Notes: a model not told the origin generated them from the sequence alone. DNA of 63,888 nt, filler included, from 11 parts of 11 records of this genome joined end to end with filler, not necessarily neighbours in it, one strand, 5' to 3'; numbered from the whole stretch's first letter, positions 1 to 13,223 are shown. Numbers and translations: made by a program.

Positions 1-64
1 CTCTTCTTCTTCTTCTTCTTCTCCTCTTCCTCCTCCTCTGCGTTCCTCTTCTTCTCCTCCTCCT
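1..64. repeat. CTT/CTC low-complexity microsatellite at the contig start
   Basis: ctcttcttcttcttcttcttctcctcttcctcctcc... Confidence 0.8.
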
Positions 65-91
65 GCCATTCTAGCACCTGATCCGAGTCAA

Positions 92-3000
92 ATGGATGAC
101 GAACCCGAAGAGCGTGGGGCTCGAGCGGCCTATCTTTTTGGTGCTTTTGGTGGTGAAGGAAGCCATGAAGGAAGTGGCAATGCCTCGCCTTCGGGACAGG
201 TTTGGATTTGGTGTTGGGTGTTGGGTGTTGGCGATCGCACTGACGGACGGCGCAGGTTGGGGCTAGTTTGCGCGCTCTTCATGCTCTTCTTCGAAGTCTG
301 AGTGGTGGCGGGCACCCTCCTCCGCCTGTGCTTCCTGGTACGATTGGATGGTGGGTGCCACACACGAACAGGACATCTCACTCCCTCTTAGATCACTCAC
401 GTTTGGCTCCACTGATTGAAACCCTCAAGACCGAGCAAGATGAATCGAAAGTTACATCCATGCTTTCAGATCTCTGTCACCTTCTCTCTCTGGGGACCGA
501 GGAGTCGATCGGTGGTTCCGTTGTCGAGCCGCTGGTTTCCCTCCTTACGCACTACCTTCAATTCGACCACAACCCCGATATCATGCTTCTTGCGTGTCGT
601 GCGCTCACCTATCTCATGGATGCTATCCCCCAGGTCTGCTGAGGGAGGAGGAATCTACCTTTGGGTGTGATGTTCATGTCAAATTATCCACAGGCCAACG
701 GGCCCGTCGTGGAAGGAGGTGCCGTGCCTTTGCTCATTGGGAAACTCGTCACCATTCAATTCATTGACCTGGCTGAACAAGTTCGTGGCTCTTGCACCTT
801 TGTGCCGTGATGTGATGCCCTGCTAGGCTCTGGGAGCTCTCCAGAAACTTTCGTCTGACCATTCAACCGCTGTACTGAGAGAGGGAGGTCTGGCAGCGTG
901 TCTTATGTATGTAGACTTTTTCCCCACGGGTACCCAGGTGTGAAGGAAGGTGTGGAGTTGTTCACGATGCGGGGCTGATGGGTTGATCAGCGTACGGCTG
1001 TGAGTACGGCTGCCAATTTGTGTAGTCGAGTTCCATCGGATGCTCTCTCTGCTATTGACCCCGCCATTCCCCTTCTTACCCAGCTTCTCCACTCTGTGGA
1101 TCAAAAGGTACACTTCTTCTTACTGTTTCTTGTATCCCCCCGTTCTCATGTGTGTGTGTGTGTGTGTGTAGGTTGTGGAGGGCGGGATCCTCTGCTTCTC
1201 TCGTCTGGCTGAGTCGCTGTGTTTGGGGATTGGAGGTCGATTCAGTGAGCGTTCCCGTCTTCTGACATCACACGGACTCTGTTCCCAATTTCTCCGCATC
1301 ATATCAGCATCCCCCAGTGCCCCGCTTGTTGGGTTCGTCGTGTGCGTGTGAGTACGTGTGAATGAGTACGTGATGGAGGATTCACAGGGCTTCCTCGTGT
1401 GCACTTGTGGTCAAGACACTCGCCTTGCTGGTTCGCGCTTCTGCCAAAGTGGCTCAAGATCTTCTGAGTGAGGGAATCGTCCCCGTTCTTCGGAATTTCT
1501 TGGAGGGCAATGTCGGTATGGATTCTTGGTCTGCTATGTGTTTCTGGTGGTTCTGTGTAATAACAAACCCGTCTAGCATCGAGTCAGGCGACTGGAGGGG
1601 CCCGTTCTTCAGAGCTGAAGTATGAGATTCTGTGTCTCGCAGCAGATTTGTTGCCATCGATCCCGGGAGGTACCACCCACTCTCGTGCTGCACTCAAAGA
1701 TGGATGGCACTCATGCACACCTCTTGCCAGACGTGCCTGATATTATGTTTCAACCTCCTGGACGACACATTCCCCTATTCCTGGCGCGACATTTGGGCTA
1801 TGGTGCTCGGCCAGACGGTTCGTCGGGTCGTAGACGAGGTGCAGGGGAAGATCAAAGAAAGGAAGACGAGATGAGGGTGGCCTTTCTCGACAACAACCCA
1901 GGTATCATCATTCTCTACGGAGAGTCTCTCTTTCCTGTCCTGTTCCAGGTGTGGATGCACATTTTTGTCTGGATTGAAGAGGGAGACAAACGGATTTGCG
2001 TGGTGTAGATCTACTCGTCCTCAATCAACATCACTGTTCGACACAAATGTGCCCAAATCATTGCGAAGATCCTTCATTTCTCGATGGTCGAGACACTTAC
2101 AGAGCTCTTGAGGGTGGGTTGTGCACGTCCCTTCTCACCCCTTCTCACCCCTTCTCGCCATGTATGGGTAGACGCAGCCCATGTCCTCCTACGTTGCATG
2201 TCTGCTGTCCAGTGGTGATGCCACCCTGGCGTTCATCGGTCTCAAGATGGCCGAGATTCTTATTTGCAAGTTGCCCGATATCTTTCATGATTTCTTCCAA
2301 AAGGAAGGGGTTGTCCACGAGATTGAGCAATGGGCCAAGAGGGAGCTTCCGCCACCGGACGGCGAGGATACAGATGGATCCCAGTCCACGCCTGAAGGGC
2401 ATATGGGACATACCACCCCATCCGTGGACACCATGGTCATTGAAATGGCAAAGCATCTTCACGAACTCTTCCTTGTCAAGGTACGAAGGAGTGGAGTTGT
2501 TATCCCGGCCACCCTTTCTTAACAACACCAGACCAAGGGGAAGACCTACCACTCGCCTCTTCTTCAGTCACTCAAACAGACTGCGGCAGAGCTGGAGGGG
2601 CCTGCGGCGGCCTCCCGAAAGCAAGGTACATCCCTTTGGAAGGGGAGGGCACGACTCTCTTGTGACTCCGCCCGCGTAGCTATGGCCGGCCTCGCAACCA
2701 CTCTTTTCGCGGGGGATCTCTCGACATTCGAGTTCATTCACAGTGGTGTTGTCCCTCATCTTCTGGGAACCTTGACGACATGTGCGTCCCTTTTCTTATC
2801 TCCCACACACTGCTTCTTTTGTCTCATATTCATCTGTACACAGCGGAAGACACCGCATACCTTGAGGAGTTTGTGTCTTTCCTTGTCAAAGGGACTGGAT
2901 CCATGATGAGTACCCTTGTTCGGTACTTGCAGGCCATGCTGGAGCGCATTGAAGCCTTTCACATTTCCACGTACGAGAACCGGACTGGTGGAAGGGGCAC

Positions 3001-5805
3001 CGAGCTTCGGCTTCTGGGACGCCCGTTCAAATTGCGACTGGTGAAAGGTGAGACGATCCCACTCTGTGTTTCGTGTTTGTAACGTGTCTTCCTAGCACCT
3101 GACGCTGCTGACACTCTCCGCGATTTGGGTTCAAATATCGTTTTGATCGATCCACTGGCGACTGGTAACGGGATTATGGAGTTTCTTCGTACTCGTTTGT
3201 GCGAGGAAGGGGGCGAAGAAGGTGAAGAACACGAAAATAACGAAAAGGAGAGGAGGTGGGCTGTCTTCTTCTTTGTCTTCTTCTTCTTCTTCTTCTTTAG
3301 GCTGACCTCGTTCCAGGCGGATGGGAATCCTGGAAGAGCACGTGGGGGACGACGACGGTACTGATGGAATGGAAGAGGACGAGGACGAAGAGACCGGTCC
3401 CTTTGGCGATGATCAGTTCAGACCAGAAGATAGTTTCGACCCCGAGAATCCGGGTGATGCAGGAGGAACTGTCGTGAATGTGGAGGTGGAGAGTACAAGT
3501 GGCCCAGAAACAACGAGTCGTCGACGTTCATCGGAACCAACACCAACCACACCCCGTCCTCGTCCCAGTTCTTCCACGGCAAGGTTTGTGGCTAGATATC
3601 CTTTTACGTCCCACTGATAGCAATGCACAGTAGCTCGTCGCAAACACACAAGCCGGAATTTGTCATCACCTATAATGGACAAGCTGTGGGATCGGGCGTG
3701 GCAATGCTCGAGTTGTTCCGACAGCATCATTCCACTCAAGGTTCGTCAGTGCCACCACCGGGGCTCCTTGTCTGTCCTCAACTTCCTCTCCTCAGACACC
3801 ACGAAAGGGCTCCATCACATGTGGGAGACCATTCACACGATTCACTACAACCTACGTTCCGTTGAGGAAGCAAGTGCGTACCCACGGATGTGTCTCCTTC
3901 GCTCACGCTCGATCCTGCCAGGTGACAGGTTTGTACATGCCTCGTCGTCATCCCCCGCGTCCACTACACGTTTTCGTCTTCATGCCCCACTCCTCACAGA
4001 GGAGATTCAACGAAGCCTGACTGCTCCTCTCACGATATCGGATCCTACACACGATGCTCTTCTCCTTCTTCGTGTTCTCTGGAACATCACGAAACACATC
4101 AAGGTGAGTCCAGCATGAATCGTGTCCCTCAAATCCTTTTCCTCATCTATTCAGGAACAGAATCCTGCGGACAGGCTTCCCCGGGCAAGCTTCGTTAATG
4201 CACGACTGACGACAAAGATCTCTCGGCTTCTTCAGGATCCCTTGACTGTGTGTGGGGGTGGACTCCCGGACTGGGCGATCCACATCATGGCAGAGTGTTC
4301 CTTCCTCTTCCCTTTGAAGTCCGGAAGCTCTTTTTGAGCTGTACGACGTTTGGTGTTCCGCGGGCTCTTCAGGCCATGCTTGGGTTTGGAGGGACGGATC
4401 GCCATGCCCACGAGGGGGAAGGTGTGCGTATAGGGAGGATTCAACGGTTCAAGGTGTGTATGAAAAGAGATGGACTCTTGTTCGTTCATCACTCCATCGT
4501 CAGGTCCGTATTTCACGAAATCGATTTCTTGAGTCGGCCATGAGGGTACTGGAACTTTCCCACAAGCAGCCGTCTGTGTTGGAGGTGGAGTACATGGACG
4601 AAGTAGGAACAGGACTTGTGCGTATCGCTTTGTGGGATTGCCGCATTCGTAACAGCGGCGGGGACTAGGGACCAACGCTGGAGTTCTACACAATTGCATC
4701 TCGTGAAATACAGCGTCGCCATCTCCACTTGTGGATGGAGACAGAGACGGACACAGACACAGACACAGACACCGGCACAACCTTTGTCCGTTGTCCCAAT
4801 GGTCTCTACCCGCTGCCTTTCCCGCAAGATGCAAATCTTGTACGAAGGAAAGAGAGGGGTCGTGTTCTCTCTCTCATGTTGGGGATAGGGACGCCGAGAA
4901 AGGGTTCGAGATCTCTTTCGATTTCTGGGTCGTTTTGTCGCCAAGGCCTTGATCGATTCTCGTCTAGTGGACATGCATCTTCACCCCAATCTGTGGCGGT
5001 GGGTTGTGCTTTTCCCTGCCTTGCTATGTGATAGACCCATCTGGACAGCTTGTTGTGCGGCGATTCACTGACCCTCGATGATATTGCTTCGCTCGACCGA
5101 TCTCTTTATACCACACTGTCAGCTCTGCGTGATTTGGTGGAGCAGAAAGAGGCTATTGAACAAGATACCACCCTTGTACCGTGGACGCTTCCTTTTCCTC
5201 TTCCTTTTCATGACACATTGTTGTCCTTGTAGGATGAGACCACGCGCACCCAGCAAGTTGAGGCATTGCGTTTCAACGGAGCCTCTGTTGAGGCATTGTG
5301 CTTGGATTTCACGCTTCCTGGCCATCCTGGCATTCCTCTCAAGGTTTGTTTGTTTGTGTGTGTGTGCGTGTGTGTTGCTGACAACCAGCAACAGCCAAAC
5401 GGCGCACATGTCCCCGTGACTCTGGGCAATCTGCGGGAGTACGTCGAGAGTGTGTGTAACATGCTTCTGGGCGAGGGCGTTGCACACGCCGTCAGTGCGT
5501 TCCGGCTGGGATTCGAGGAGTCGGGTATTCCCATCCGCACCATGGCCCTTTTCGGAGGTGTAGAACTTGACGAGTTGCTTTGCGGGTGTGAACGTCTGTG
5601 GGACATTGATACAGTGGTCGAACACACTCGATGTGACCATGGATACACACAAAACAGGCATGTTCCTTGGTGTTCGCATTGTGTGTAGGTTAGGTTGTTG
5701 CTGAGGAATTGTTTGTTCGGGCAGTCGAGCGATCAAGTTCTTATTCGAGATTATGTGCTCGATGGCACCACATGAGCAGCGAGAATTCCTCGAGTTCCTT
5801 ACGGG
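92..5805 (+). CDS. TRIP12: HECT E3 ubiquitin ligase, TRIP12/Ufd4/UPL3 type; multi-exon (about 25+ introns of 45-70 nt), 3'-truncated by the contig end
   Basis: Manual splicing gives ARM-region motifs (NPDIMLLACRALTYLMD, IQFIDLAEQAL, LMYVDFFPTGTQRTAVSTAANLC, FFQKEGVVHEI), then FVNARLTTKISRLLQDPL and the HECT motifs LEVEYMDEVGTGLGPTLEFY, NGLYPLP, FRFLGRFVAKAL, LCLDFTLPG, CDHGYTQNSRAIKFLFEIM. One apparent 1-nt deletion near 4312. Confidence 0.9.
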
Positions 5806-5905
5806 NNNNNNNNNNNNNNNNNNNNNNNNNNNNNNNNNNNNNNNNNNNNTTAATTAATTAANNNNNNNNNNNNNNNNNNNNNNNNNNNNNNNNNNNNNNN
5901 NNNNN
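5806..5905. other. Artificial contig spacer (N44-TTAATTAATTAA-N44). Identical spacers at 11501-11600, 17113-17212, 22350-22449, 27617-27716, 34136-34235, 41378-41477, 46650-46749, 52166-52265 and 58147-58246
   Basis: Ten identical 100-nt N-flanked linkers carrying six-frame stops. Genes are truncated at them, and the organism type changes across most of them. Confidence 0.99.
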
Positions 5906-8900
5906 GGTGGTGGTGGTGGTGGTGGTGGTGATGGCCCAAGGAGGCCAACTGACTCGGTATGCTCAGAATACACAGGCCGAATTGTCGTTGATGGTGTTGC
6001 GGACCTTACCAGACGAGGCGTTGGTGTACAATGCGGGTCTTCTGTACGCACCTTGCGAGGATCGAAGGATCTGGGCTGAATTCGTATGTTTCATTCAGGG
6101 AAGCACGACGCAAGGCTCTGATGGTTGGCCTGAACACCTCGTTACCTACACTCTTTCCCTACTTCTATATGGTATGTACGATCTGTTCTGTGGTGCCTCT
6201 TGTTTCGTGCGAGCATTGGATCTCTTCTAGTTCATGGCTTCCAAATACACTATCTTCAAGGAAGCTATGGCAGCACAACGTCCCGATGCTGTGGAGATAG
6301 GCTCACGCATCGTGAAACAAGTGCTCACAACGCTTCTCTCCTACCTGGAGTGGGTTCCGGTTGCGTACGTATTTGAGGAGAGAGAGACAAAGTGAGCACA
6401 GGACTTATTCAGGCCCAGTTTGATCTTTGACAATGACTTTGTGAATGTCTTCTGTGTTCTGCTGCACGAACCTCCCTTTCGTATGGTGCGGAGTGTTGCT
6501 TATGATCTCGTGTATGCTCGCTCCCTCACACACTTGTAGCTGGCCTGTGATGCACTACTTCTCGTTGTAAGCCGCAGATTGGAAGAGGAACACACTCCAC
6601 ACATTACTCGGGTAATCGATGAGCTCTCCACGCTTTGTTCCACCTTCTCCTACGATTACCAAGAGAACGAGTATGCATTCCGAAAGCGCGTGTGTCAGGT
6701 GTGCTGTTGGGTTGTTGGCGATCCCCGAGACAACTCATACGATCCCAGGTGGTTGGAATGCTTGGGGAGAGACAAGGTCACCTCTTCAATCGCGTGATCA
6801 CTTCTCCTGGGGAGCTTTCGCTCCACAAGCTTCTTGCACTTGCACTTTCCTTCTTTGGACACCCCAGCCTCCTCCTCTCTTCATTTGTTACTCCCTTTCT
6901 TCATGTGTCTCTTAAGAACACAAACATCGTGCATGTGCGTGGGAAGGTTTGTTGTGGATGGCGCCCTCAAATTGTATCGTATAGGCTCCATGGTTTCAAG
7001 ACTTTCTTCCCCAGCTGATGAAAGTACTCCACATCAAGATTCTGAAACAAGGTGATCCGAATCGCGAGGACTCGATTGTTTGTCAATTCTCTCGGATGGA
7101 CTTTGATGATCATGACGATTACATGCGTTTTTTCGCGATCTTCCGCAACCGGATCCTGGACATTCAGAGAGGGGTGGCTCAGGCCAAGGTAACAAACAAT
7201 CTTTCTTTGAATTCTTCTTTTCTAAGTGCACTGCCCTCTCCAGCCGGACCTGGCTCTGCAATCATTGCTTGCTCGTATTCAGGAAATCCTTTGCAACCTT
7301 CTAAATCTCGGCAAAGATTCACGTAAGGAATCGTTTTCTGTCGTATGGAAATAACCTCTCCCTTCTGCCGTGTAGCTCTGGCATCCGTTCACGCACCCGC
7401 TTACATCGATTTGGAAGGCCAGATGGCACTGCTCGAGGTTGTCTTGACTACAGCCAAGGATCAGTCTTTTGAGGGTGGCGTGGTGCGGCTGTTGCGCGAT
7501 TGGTGTGTGTGTGTGTGTGTGGGCATACAAACACGACAGAATACAGCAGGGGCTTCCCTCTTGGTCCTCTGGTTGAGAATCTCCTGACCGTGTTATTCAA
7601 CTACGAGTGCCAGGACCCGTTGATCCTAACACGTATCATGCACGGTATTTCAACATGCATTCCCTACTTCAAGGCGCACCCCCATACTCTGAATTTGGTG
7701 ATCGACAAGGTAAGGAACACTTTGGTTTGGAATTGCCTGGGGCCTGAGCGCCTTTTCGTTGCAGTTCTTCTCCTATCTTCTTTTTCACCTACCGTCTGAA
7801 GTCTCTCTCGATCAAATGAGCCTGGACACCCAATCGGCACGAAGAAAGGCCATCACATCCCTTTTACACATTTGTAATGGTCTTGAGGCTCTGATGCTGG
7901 TGCGTGAGTGGAGTTCTATTGTGTGTATCTCATGACGACCCCCACCCCTCCACGCATCCAGCCGTATCTAGAGGTCTTATGGAAGAAGACGGAAGCTCTT
8001 TTTGAACAACAAGTGCTTCTAGAAAGCGAAAAGGTTCTTCTGCTTGAGATGCTTGTGGTCGTCAGGTATGCCATACGTCACACGAAATGACACCATACCT
8101 CACATTTTGTTGCAGCAACAACATGCAGAACTTTGAGACTCAGTCTCAATTCATTGGCACACTTCTACGTCGTTCCGAAATGGAGTGGACCTCTTCGGAC
8201 TTTTCCTCGATTGTCCAAGACCCTCGAGTCTTTTTGCAGCGATCGGGACTAACAAACGATCCATTATCTCCAGCAGCGGTGGCATTCAGGAAGCGAGTAC
8301 GTCCAGAAAGGTGGGAACACGTTCTCTTCTCAACATGAACCGAACAGATTTTGTACAACATGCAAACTATCTTTACCATTAGTCGCCGAACGAAGGTACC
8401 TACCAACGCGCTGGTGCGTGGCGTTGTATAGGTGTGTTCTTGTTTGGGATGGTTAGTGTGGGGACAGGCACGGGAATCAGGTGGATTTGGACCCCACATC
8501 ATCAATGGCATCTCGTTGCCCTTTCGCCACCCGTTCACGGAACATCTTCACGTCATTCTTCCCCATGTGCTCGCACTCTGTCGCTGTATCCACTCCCTTT
8601 CCCAACCAGCGGTTCGGATGGGCCTGGCACCTCCGATTCAAGGAATACTCGATCTAAGTCTACAAGAGAAGCTTATTTTGCTTGGTGCGTTTTACGTTTT
8701 GGGGGAGGATCCATTTCGCTGAACAATTAACAGGAAGGAATCGCCAAGAGGCGGAACCCACCGACGAGATGGACAAGTTGCGTTTTTGGTTGGGCTCCCT
8801 GCGTGATATGACGTACGCGCGTACGCCCGGGTCTATGGAGCCTTTGTGACCCCTCCAACCCTCCGTAAGGTACTACCTCCTGGGCCAAGCAAGCTGTCAT

Positions 8901-10383
8901 GGGGATGAGTTTTTCCTGTTTCCTGGTCTCGTGGACATGTTGGTGAATTCCGTATTCTCAAGTCTCGAGTACATTGAGAACCGCTTCATGTGTCTTCTGC
9001 TGCGTATCCATCAGAAGCCTTGGTGCGGTGAGGGAATCGTTTTCTTAACAGTGTTCCTAGGGGCATTTGTGCATTCCTTCGTATCCAAGTGTCCGACACA
9101 CATGTTGAGCACGCTTCTCGATCCCATCCTCCCTGTCCTTTTTGCTCAATTGTTTGGGAGACTTAGTGCGGGATGGACAAGTCTGGGAGATCGGGGACAA
9201 GGGTGAGCGAGTGATCCTTTCCCATGATCGGCTCAATGCAACACAGGGATCCTTATTTGGATGCCAGTGATCTTTCGAATGTTACACAAGAGGTTATTGA
9301 CGAAAAGGTTTGTTTGGGTGAAGAGGTTTCTTGGATCAAACGGTTCATCCGCCTGCCGAAAGGTATTGCGCGATCTTACACGTGATCTTATGGAATTGAT
9401 ACTCGCGATCACGGCTCCTAAGGAGACCGTCACGGGTCGTACGTGTTGTGCCACTTTTTTTTTCCTTTTCCAATTGGGTGTGTGTGTGTGCACAGCCAGC
9501 CCTTTGATAGACGGCGAACCCACTGATCTCTCGCGCCACCTTTTTTCAATGAAGTAGGTGGATTCCCAAAGGAGGTTATCACCCACGCCGCACCGTGTCC
9601 CAAAGGCCATTGCAGGTTCGATGCTCCGCAATGTCATCGGAGCTCTCTACTGGCCCGATTCCTTGTCCACCAATCGTGCCCTTACCATCTCTTACCGAAT
9701 GGTTACCGCCTTGGGGAGTGCGTGGATCAGCCGATCGTATTGGATTCATTGGATTGACGTGTGTACAGACAATCCGATGTATCATCAACTTCTGGGTAAT
9801 GATATGCTAACGGGAGCACTTCAAGCGCTGATGCAGCGACACAACCTGGATCCTGAACAACAATTGGAGATGGTGGGGGTTGTCAAGGAGGTCTACTGTC
9901 GTCTTCTTCCTATATCGCCCCACATCCCACGCACTGTCTTCATGGCGTTACCGGGCATGAAGGAAGGAACCCTTCGGGTATTCTCCCCCACCCACTCACT
10001 CACTTTCTATCCCTCATCCTCCCTTCAGGACCTTGAGACAAGTATCGCCAAGAAAGACTCTGGGGACAAGAAGTGTCGTCAAATCTTCCGCAAGTTTCTT
10101 CGCAATGTCATTTCTGTGTGTTACGTGTTCCAGGTGGATCCCGATCCTTACATCCTCCTCTCTTAGAAGAGCACCACCCCGATTCAACAAAAACGACCCA
10201 TGAACATTTTGAACCTGCCAGAGAAACTGGTAGTGTGGTAGACGGGGGTTGTTTTCGACATGTCCTCTGTCTGACACGAGAAGACACCAGGTGATCGCAA
10301 GTCATTTTACGGAAGGATCTTCACGTCCTATCATTGACAAAGACCTCGGCCTTCCCCAGCTTTTTGAACGTACGGACGAGTGA
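5906..10383 (+). CDS. XPO5: Exportin-5/Msn5-like karyopherin; multi-exon, 5'-truncated
   Basis: Spliced exons give FSRMDFDDHDDYMRFFAIFRNR, QDPLILTRIMHGIS, VFSSLEYIENRFMCLLLRAFVHSFVSKCP, LFGRLSAGW, QEVIDEKVLRDLTRD, YWPDSLSTNRA; stop TGA at 10381-10383. Confidence 0.8.
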
Positions 10384-10418
10384 GTCCTTTGCATTGTATT
10401 GTATTACAGGCGTTTCGA

Positions 10419-11500
10419 TCACACACTGGGGGCTGTCATCCCCTTCTCCTCTGCTTCCACGCCCAGCGGTGGTAATACGCCACTAAATAATGATCGACTT
10501 GATCTTATATCTGTCTCGGCTGCTGCTGATCCATCTCGAGAAAGGGGTGGGAGAGACCCATTCCTCGGTCTTTTAAGAGTATCTACGCTCACACAGCGCA
10601 GAATGGTGTCATCAGCATCAGAATCCACAGTTCCCGGTGGAAGAGCAGAGTCGTCTGTGCTCTTGCTTATCTCAATTACAGGACGACGGAAGGGATCAGG
10701 TGGAAGAGGGCCGTCCGGTTCCTCAATGTCCGTGGCTGGGGGCTCGGGCAGTTCTCCGACGATTACCGCAAGGGCCTCTGCATCGGCACTCTCCTTCAAG
10801 GCAATCTCCTTCTTGAGCCGCTCCTCGCGATCTCTTCGCACGCGATCTTCCTTTTCTTCACGCTCCTTGCGCCGTTGCTGCTCACTTTCCTCTGTCTCTG
10901 TCTCAACACGAAGAGCTAGTGTTTCATATCGATTTCTGATGGTATTGAGGATCCAATTCACACCTTGCACGATGATGGTGAATTATAGATGGATGGAGGA
11001 CAGACAGACAGCATAAGCACCTTTCCATACTCGGTCTCTGGGTCTTTTCTTTTGTTTGTTTTCCGGATCCTTCCGTGTTGTCATCACAGCTTGCACATAA
11101 CACTCTCCTGGAGAAGGGTCTATCATGCAATCAATGCAAGATGGAGAAGAATTCCCCATACCATCCAACATGATCTTGTCCACATCAAGGGCTTCCCGTA
11201 TCACTTCTGCGGAGACGGCATTCCTCTCATCCTGTTTGTTTGCCAAACTACCAAGGTGTCATCCTTCCGCAACACACCCACCCCACCACACACATGAGAA
11301 GTGGCTTTCCTCGAAGACACGGATGTGCGTGGATATCATGGAGCACATCTTTGGCTTCTTCAAAACGCGCACAATCGGATGCGTCCACCATGAACACGGC
11401 CCCGTGAACCTGGGACAAGTAGTGGACCCAGATGCCTCGGATGCCCTTGCCTCCTCCAACATCAAACAAGGTGATGTGTTCTCGCGAGCGCTTCCGAATT
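10419..11500 (-). CDS. ARL13B: ARL13B-like ciliary small GTPase with coiled coil; multi-exon, 5'-truncated
   Basis: MFDVGGGKGIRGIWVHY (Gly instead of the switch-II Gln, as in ARL13), VHGAVFMVDASD, GKPLL.LANKQD, then GVNWIL..I..RYETLALRVETETEE..RRKEREEKEDRVRR coiled coil and a Pro-rich tail. Confidence 0.8.
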
Positions 11501-11653
11501 NNNNNNNNNNNNNNNNNNNNNNNNNNNNNNNNNNNNNNNNNNNNTTAATTAATTAANNNNNNNNNNNNNNNNNNNNNNNNNNNNNNNNNNNNNNNNNNNN
11601 GGAAATGAAACATGCCATAAACTTATGGGGTGCGGGTTTTCCGCATTATAATT

Positions 11654-12765
11654 ATGCCCGAATCCATCACCATGCTTACATCGATGCTTCCCACCCCTTT
11701 TCTTGTGATCGACGAGAAAGTGGTCAGATCCAATATCCATGGCATCCATGCCTATGCCGATCAACACGGCTATCAGGTCCGTGCCCATGTCAAAACCCAC
11801 AAATCCGTCTCTATTACCCGAATGCAGACGGCGGCCGGCGCAACCGGCATTGCCGTGGCCAAAGTGGAAGAGGCCGAGGTGATGGCAATCAGCGAAAAAA
11901 CCGATATTACCGTAGCCTACCCCGCCTGGGGAGCGGCCCGGGTCGAAGGGATTGCCCGATTGGCACGACACCACTCCATTCGGGTTGCCGTGGATTCCCA
12001 AGCCTTGATGGATGCACTCTCAGCAGCCGCTCAGAAGTATCACACGGTGATCGGTATCCATATCATATTTGATGCCGGGCTTCACCGCTGCGGTGTCTCC
12101 CATCCCGATAACGTTGTGGCGCTGGCCCGATATGCTGAAAAAACAGCCGGACTTCGGTACGACGGTGTTCAGCTCTATATCGGCCATCTGTACGGAAAAG
12201 CGGCAGACGATCCCCAAAGCTTCCATGAGATCAATGCCCTATGGAAGCCGGTTTATGACGCCCTGTCTCTTACCGGACTTCAACCCGAAACCGTCTCATC
12301 CGGTTCAACCCCTCCCTTTTCAACACCCACCGCATTGCCCACGTCAATGAACTCCGGGTCGGAACCGCCGTGTTGAACGACTATTTTGTCATGAAATTCA
12401 ACCATTGCAGACAGGCGGCGTGTGCGGCCCGTATTGTCGCCACCGTGGTCTCAAATACGGTGCCGGGACAAGTGATCATAGATGCCGGATCCAAGGCACT
12501 CTCCGCCAAGCAGCTGCTGCGCCATGAACATCTGGAGATGGGATACGTCTGTGAATACCCCGACGCCCGCATCTTTCGGCTTCACGAGGAACACGGATGG
12601 GTGGATGTCAGCCGCTGCAAAATACCGCCCTCCCTTGGTCAGCGAATCAGTATCATACCGGTCAATGTAGCCCTTTGCATGAATCTGCATAATACGTTTT
12701 ATTTACTTGGCTGCGACGATTCCCTCCAACAAGAGAAGATAGATGCCAGAGGATGCCTTGTCTGA
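11654..12765 (+). CDS. DSD1/D-threonine aldolase family fold-III PLP enzyme, split by a 1-nt deletion at about 12309-12312
   Basis: LPTPFLVIDE, RAHVKTHKS (PLP Lys), VAKVEEAE, HRCGV, SSGSTP; adding one C gives ...NELRVGTAVLND, continuing into IIDAGSKALS and EEHG. Start codon uncertain (11654 or 11672). Confidence 0.85.
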
Positions 12766-12797
12766 AAAAGAGATGAAAAAGAGATGAAAAAGAGACT
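12765..12797. repeat. 11-bp tandem repeat AAAAAGAGATG x2 plus AAAAAGAGACT
   Basis: Seen directly, overlapping and following the stop codon. Confidence 0.7.
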
Positions 12798-12946
12798 AAG
12801 GAACCGGGCATCACAATTACTTCACACTTTCTGAACCCAAATTCCGTTTTTAAAGGACGTCCACCCAGAAGTGCAAACTACTTTTATGAAAATATGAAGA
12901 GTGCCGAATTTCTCAATGGCACTTTCATCGGCCCTTTTTTTATCAT

Positions 12947-12975
12947 TTGACAACAATCCGAAATTGAGTTATGAC
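12947..12975 (+). promoter_or_regulatory. Candidate sigma70 promoter for the methyltransferase-ABC operon
   Basis: Perfect TTGACA, 17-nt spacer, then TATGAC. Confidence 0.5.
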
Positions 12976-13223
12976 CCACGGTAATTTTCATCAAGAAGAT
13001 GATCACAGGGTATTTAAATGCGGGCCCCCGCACCCATCAGCCTCTCCCCCATTTTTCTTGTTTTTTTGATAAAAACAGTGAGGGCGACGGCACAAAAATT
13101 TGTTTTTTTGGAATTGAGAGTCGCTCCTGTTTCCGGGACAGTCGGCAGGCATTGCTGAAAAAAACGTTGCCATAGTCGCTGTTGGAATGGTTAAGAGCGA
13201 ACCCTGCAATTGAAAAAAGTAAC

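Noticed and set aside
4738-4775. ACAGAC hexamer repeat in the HECT gene as a mobile or regulatory element
   Set aside because: It is an in-frame microsatellite expansion encoding ETETDTDTDTDT in a variable loop.
92-10383. Alternative genetic code in the eukaryote (many short ORFs with in-frame stops)
   Set aside because: Stops fall inside GT-AG introns. Spliced exons read through in the standard code, and TGA/TAA act as terminators.
11400-11700. Eukaryote-bacterium juxtapositions as horizontal transfer or endosymbiont insertions
   Set aside because: Every switch coincides with a spacer, so adjacency carries no information.
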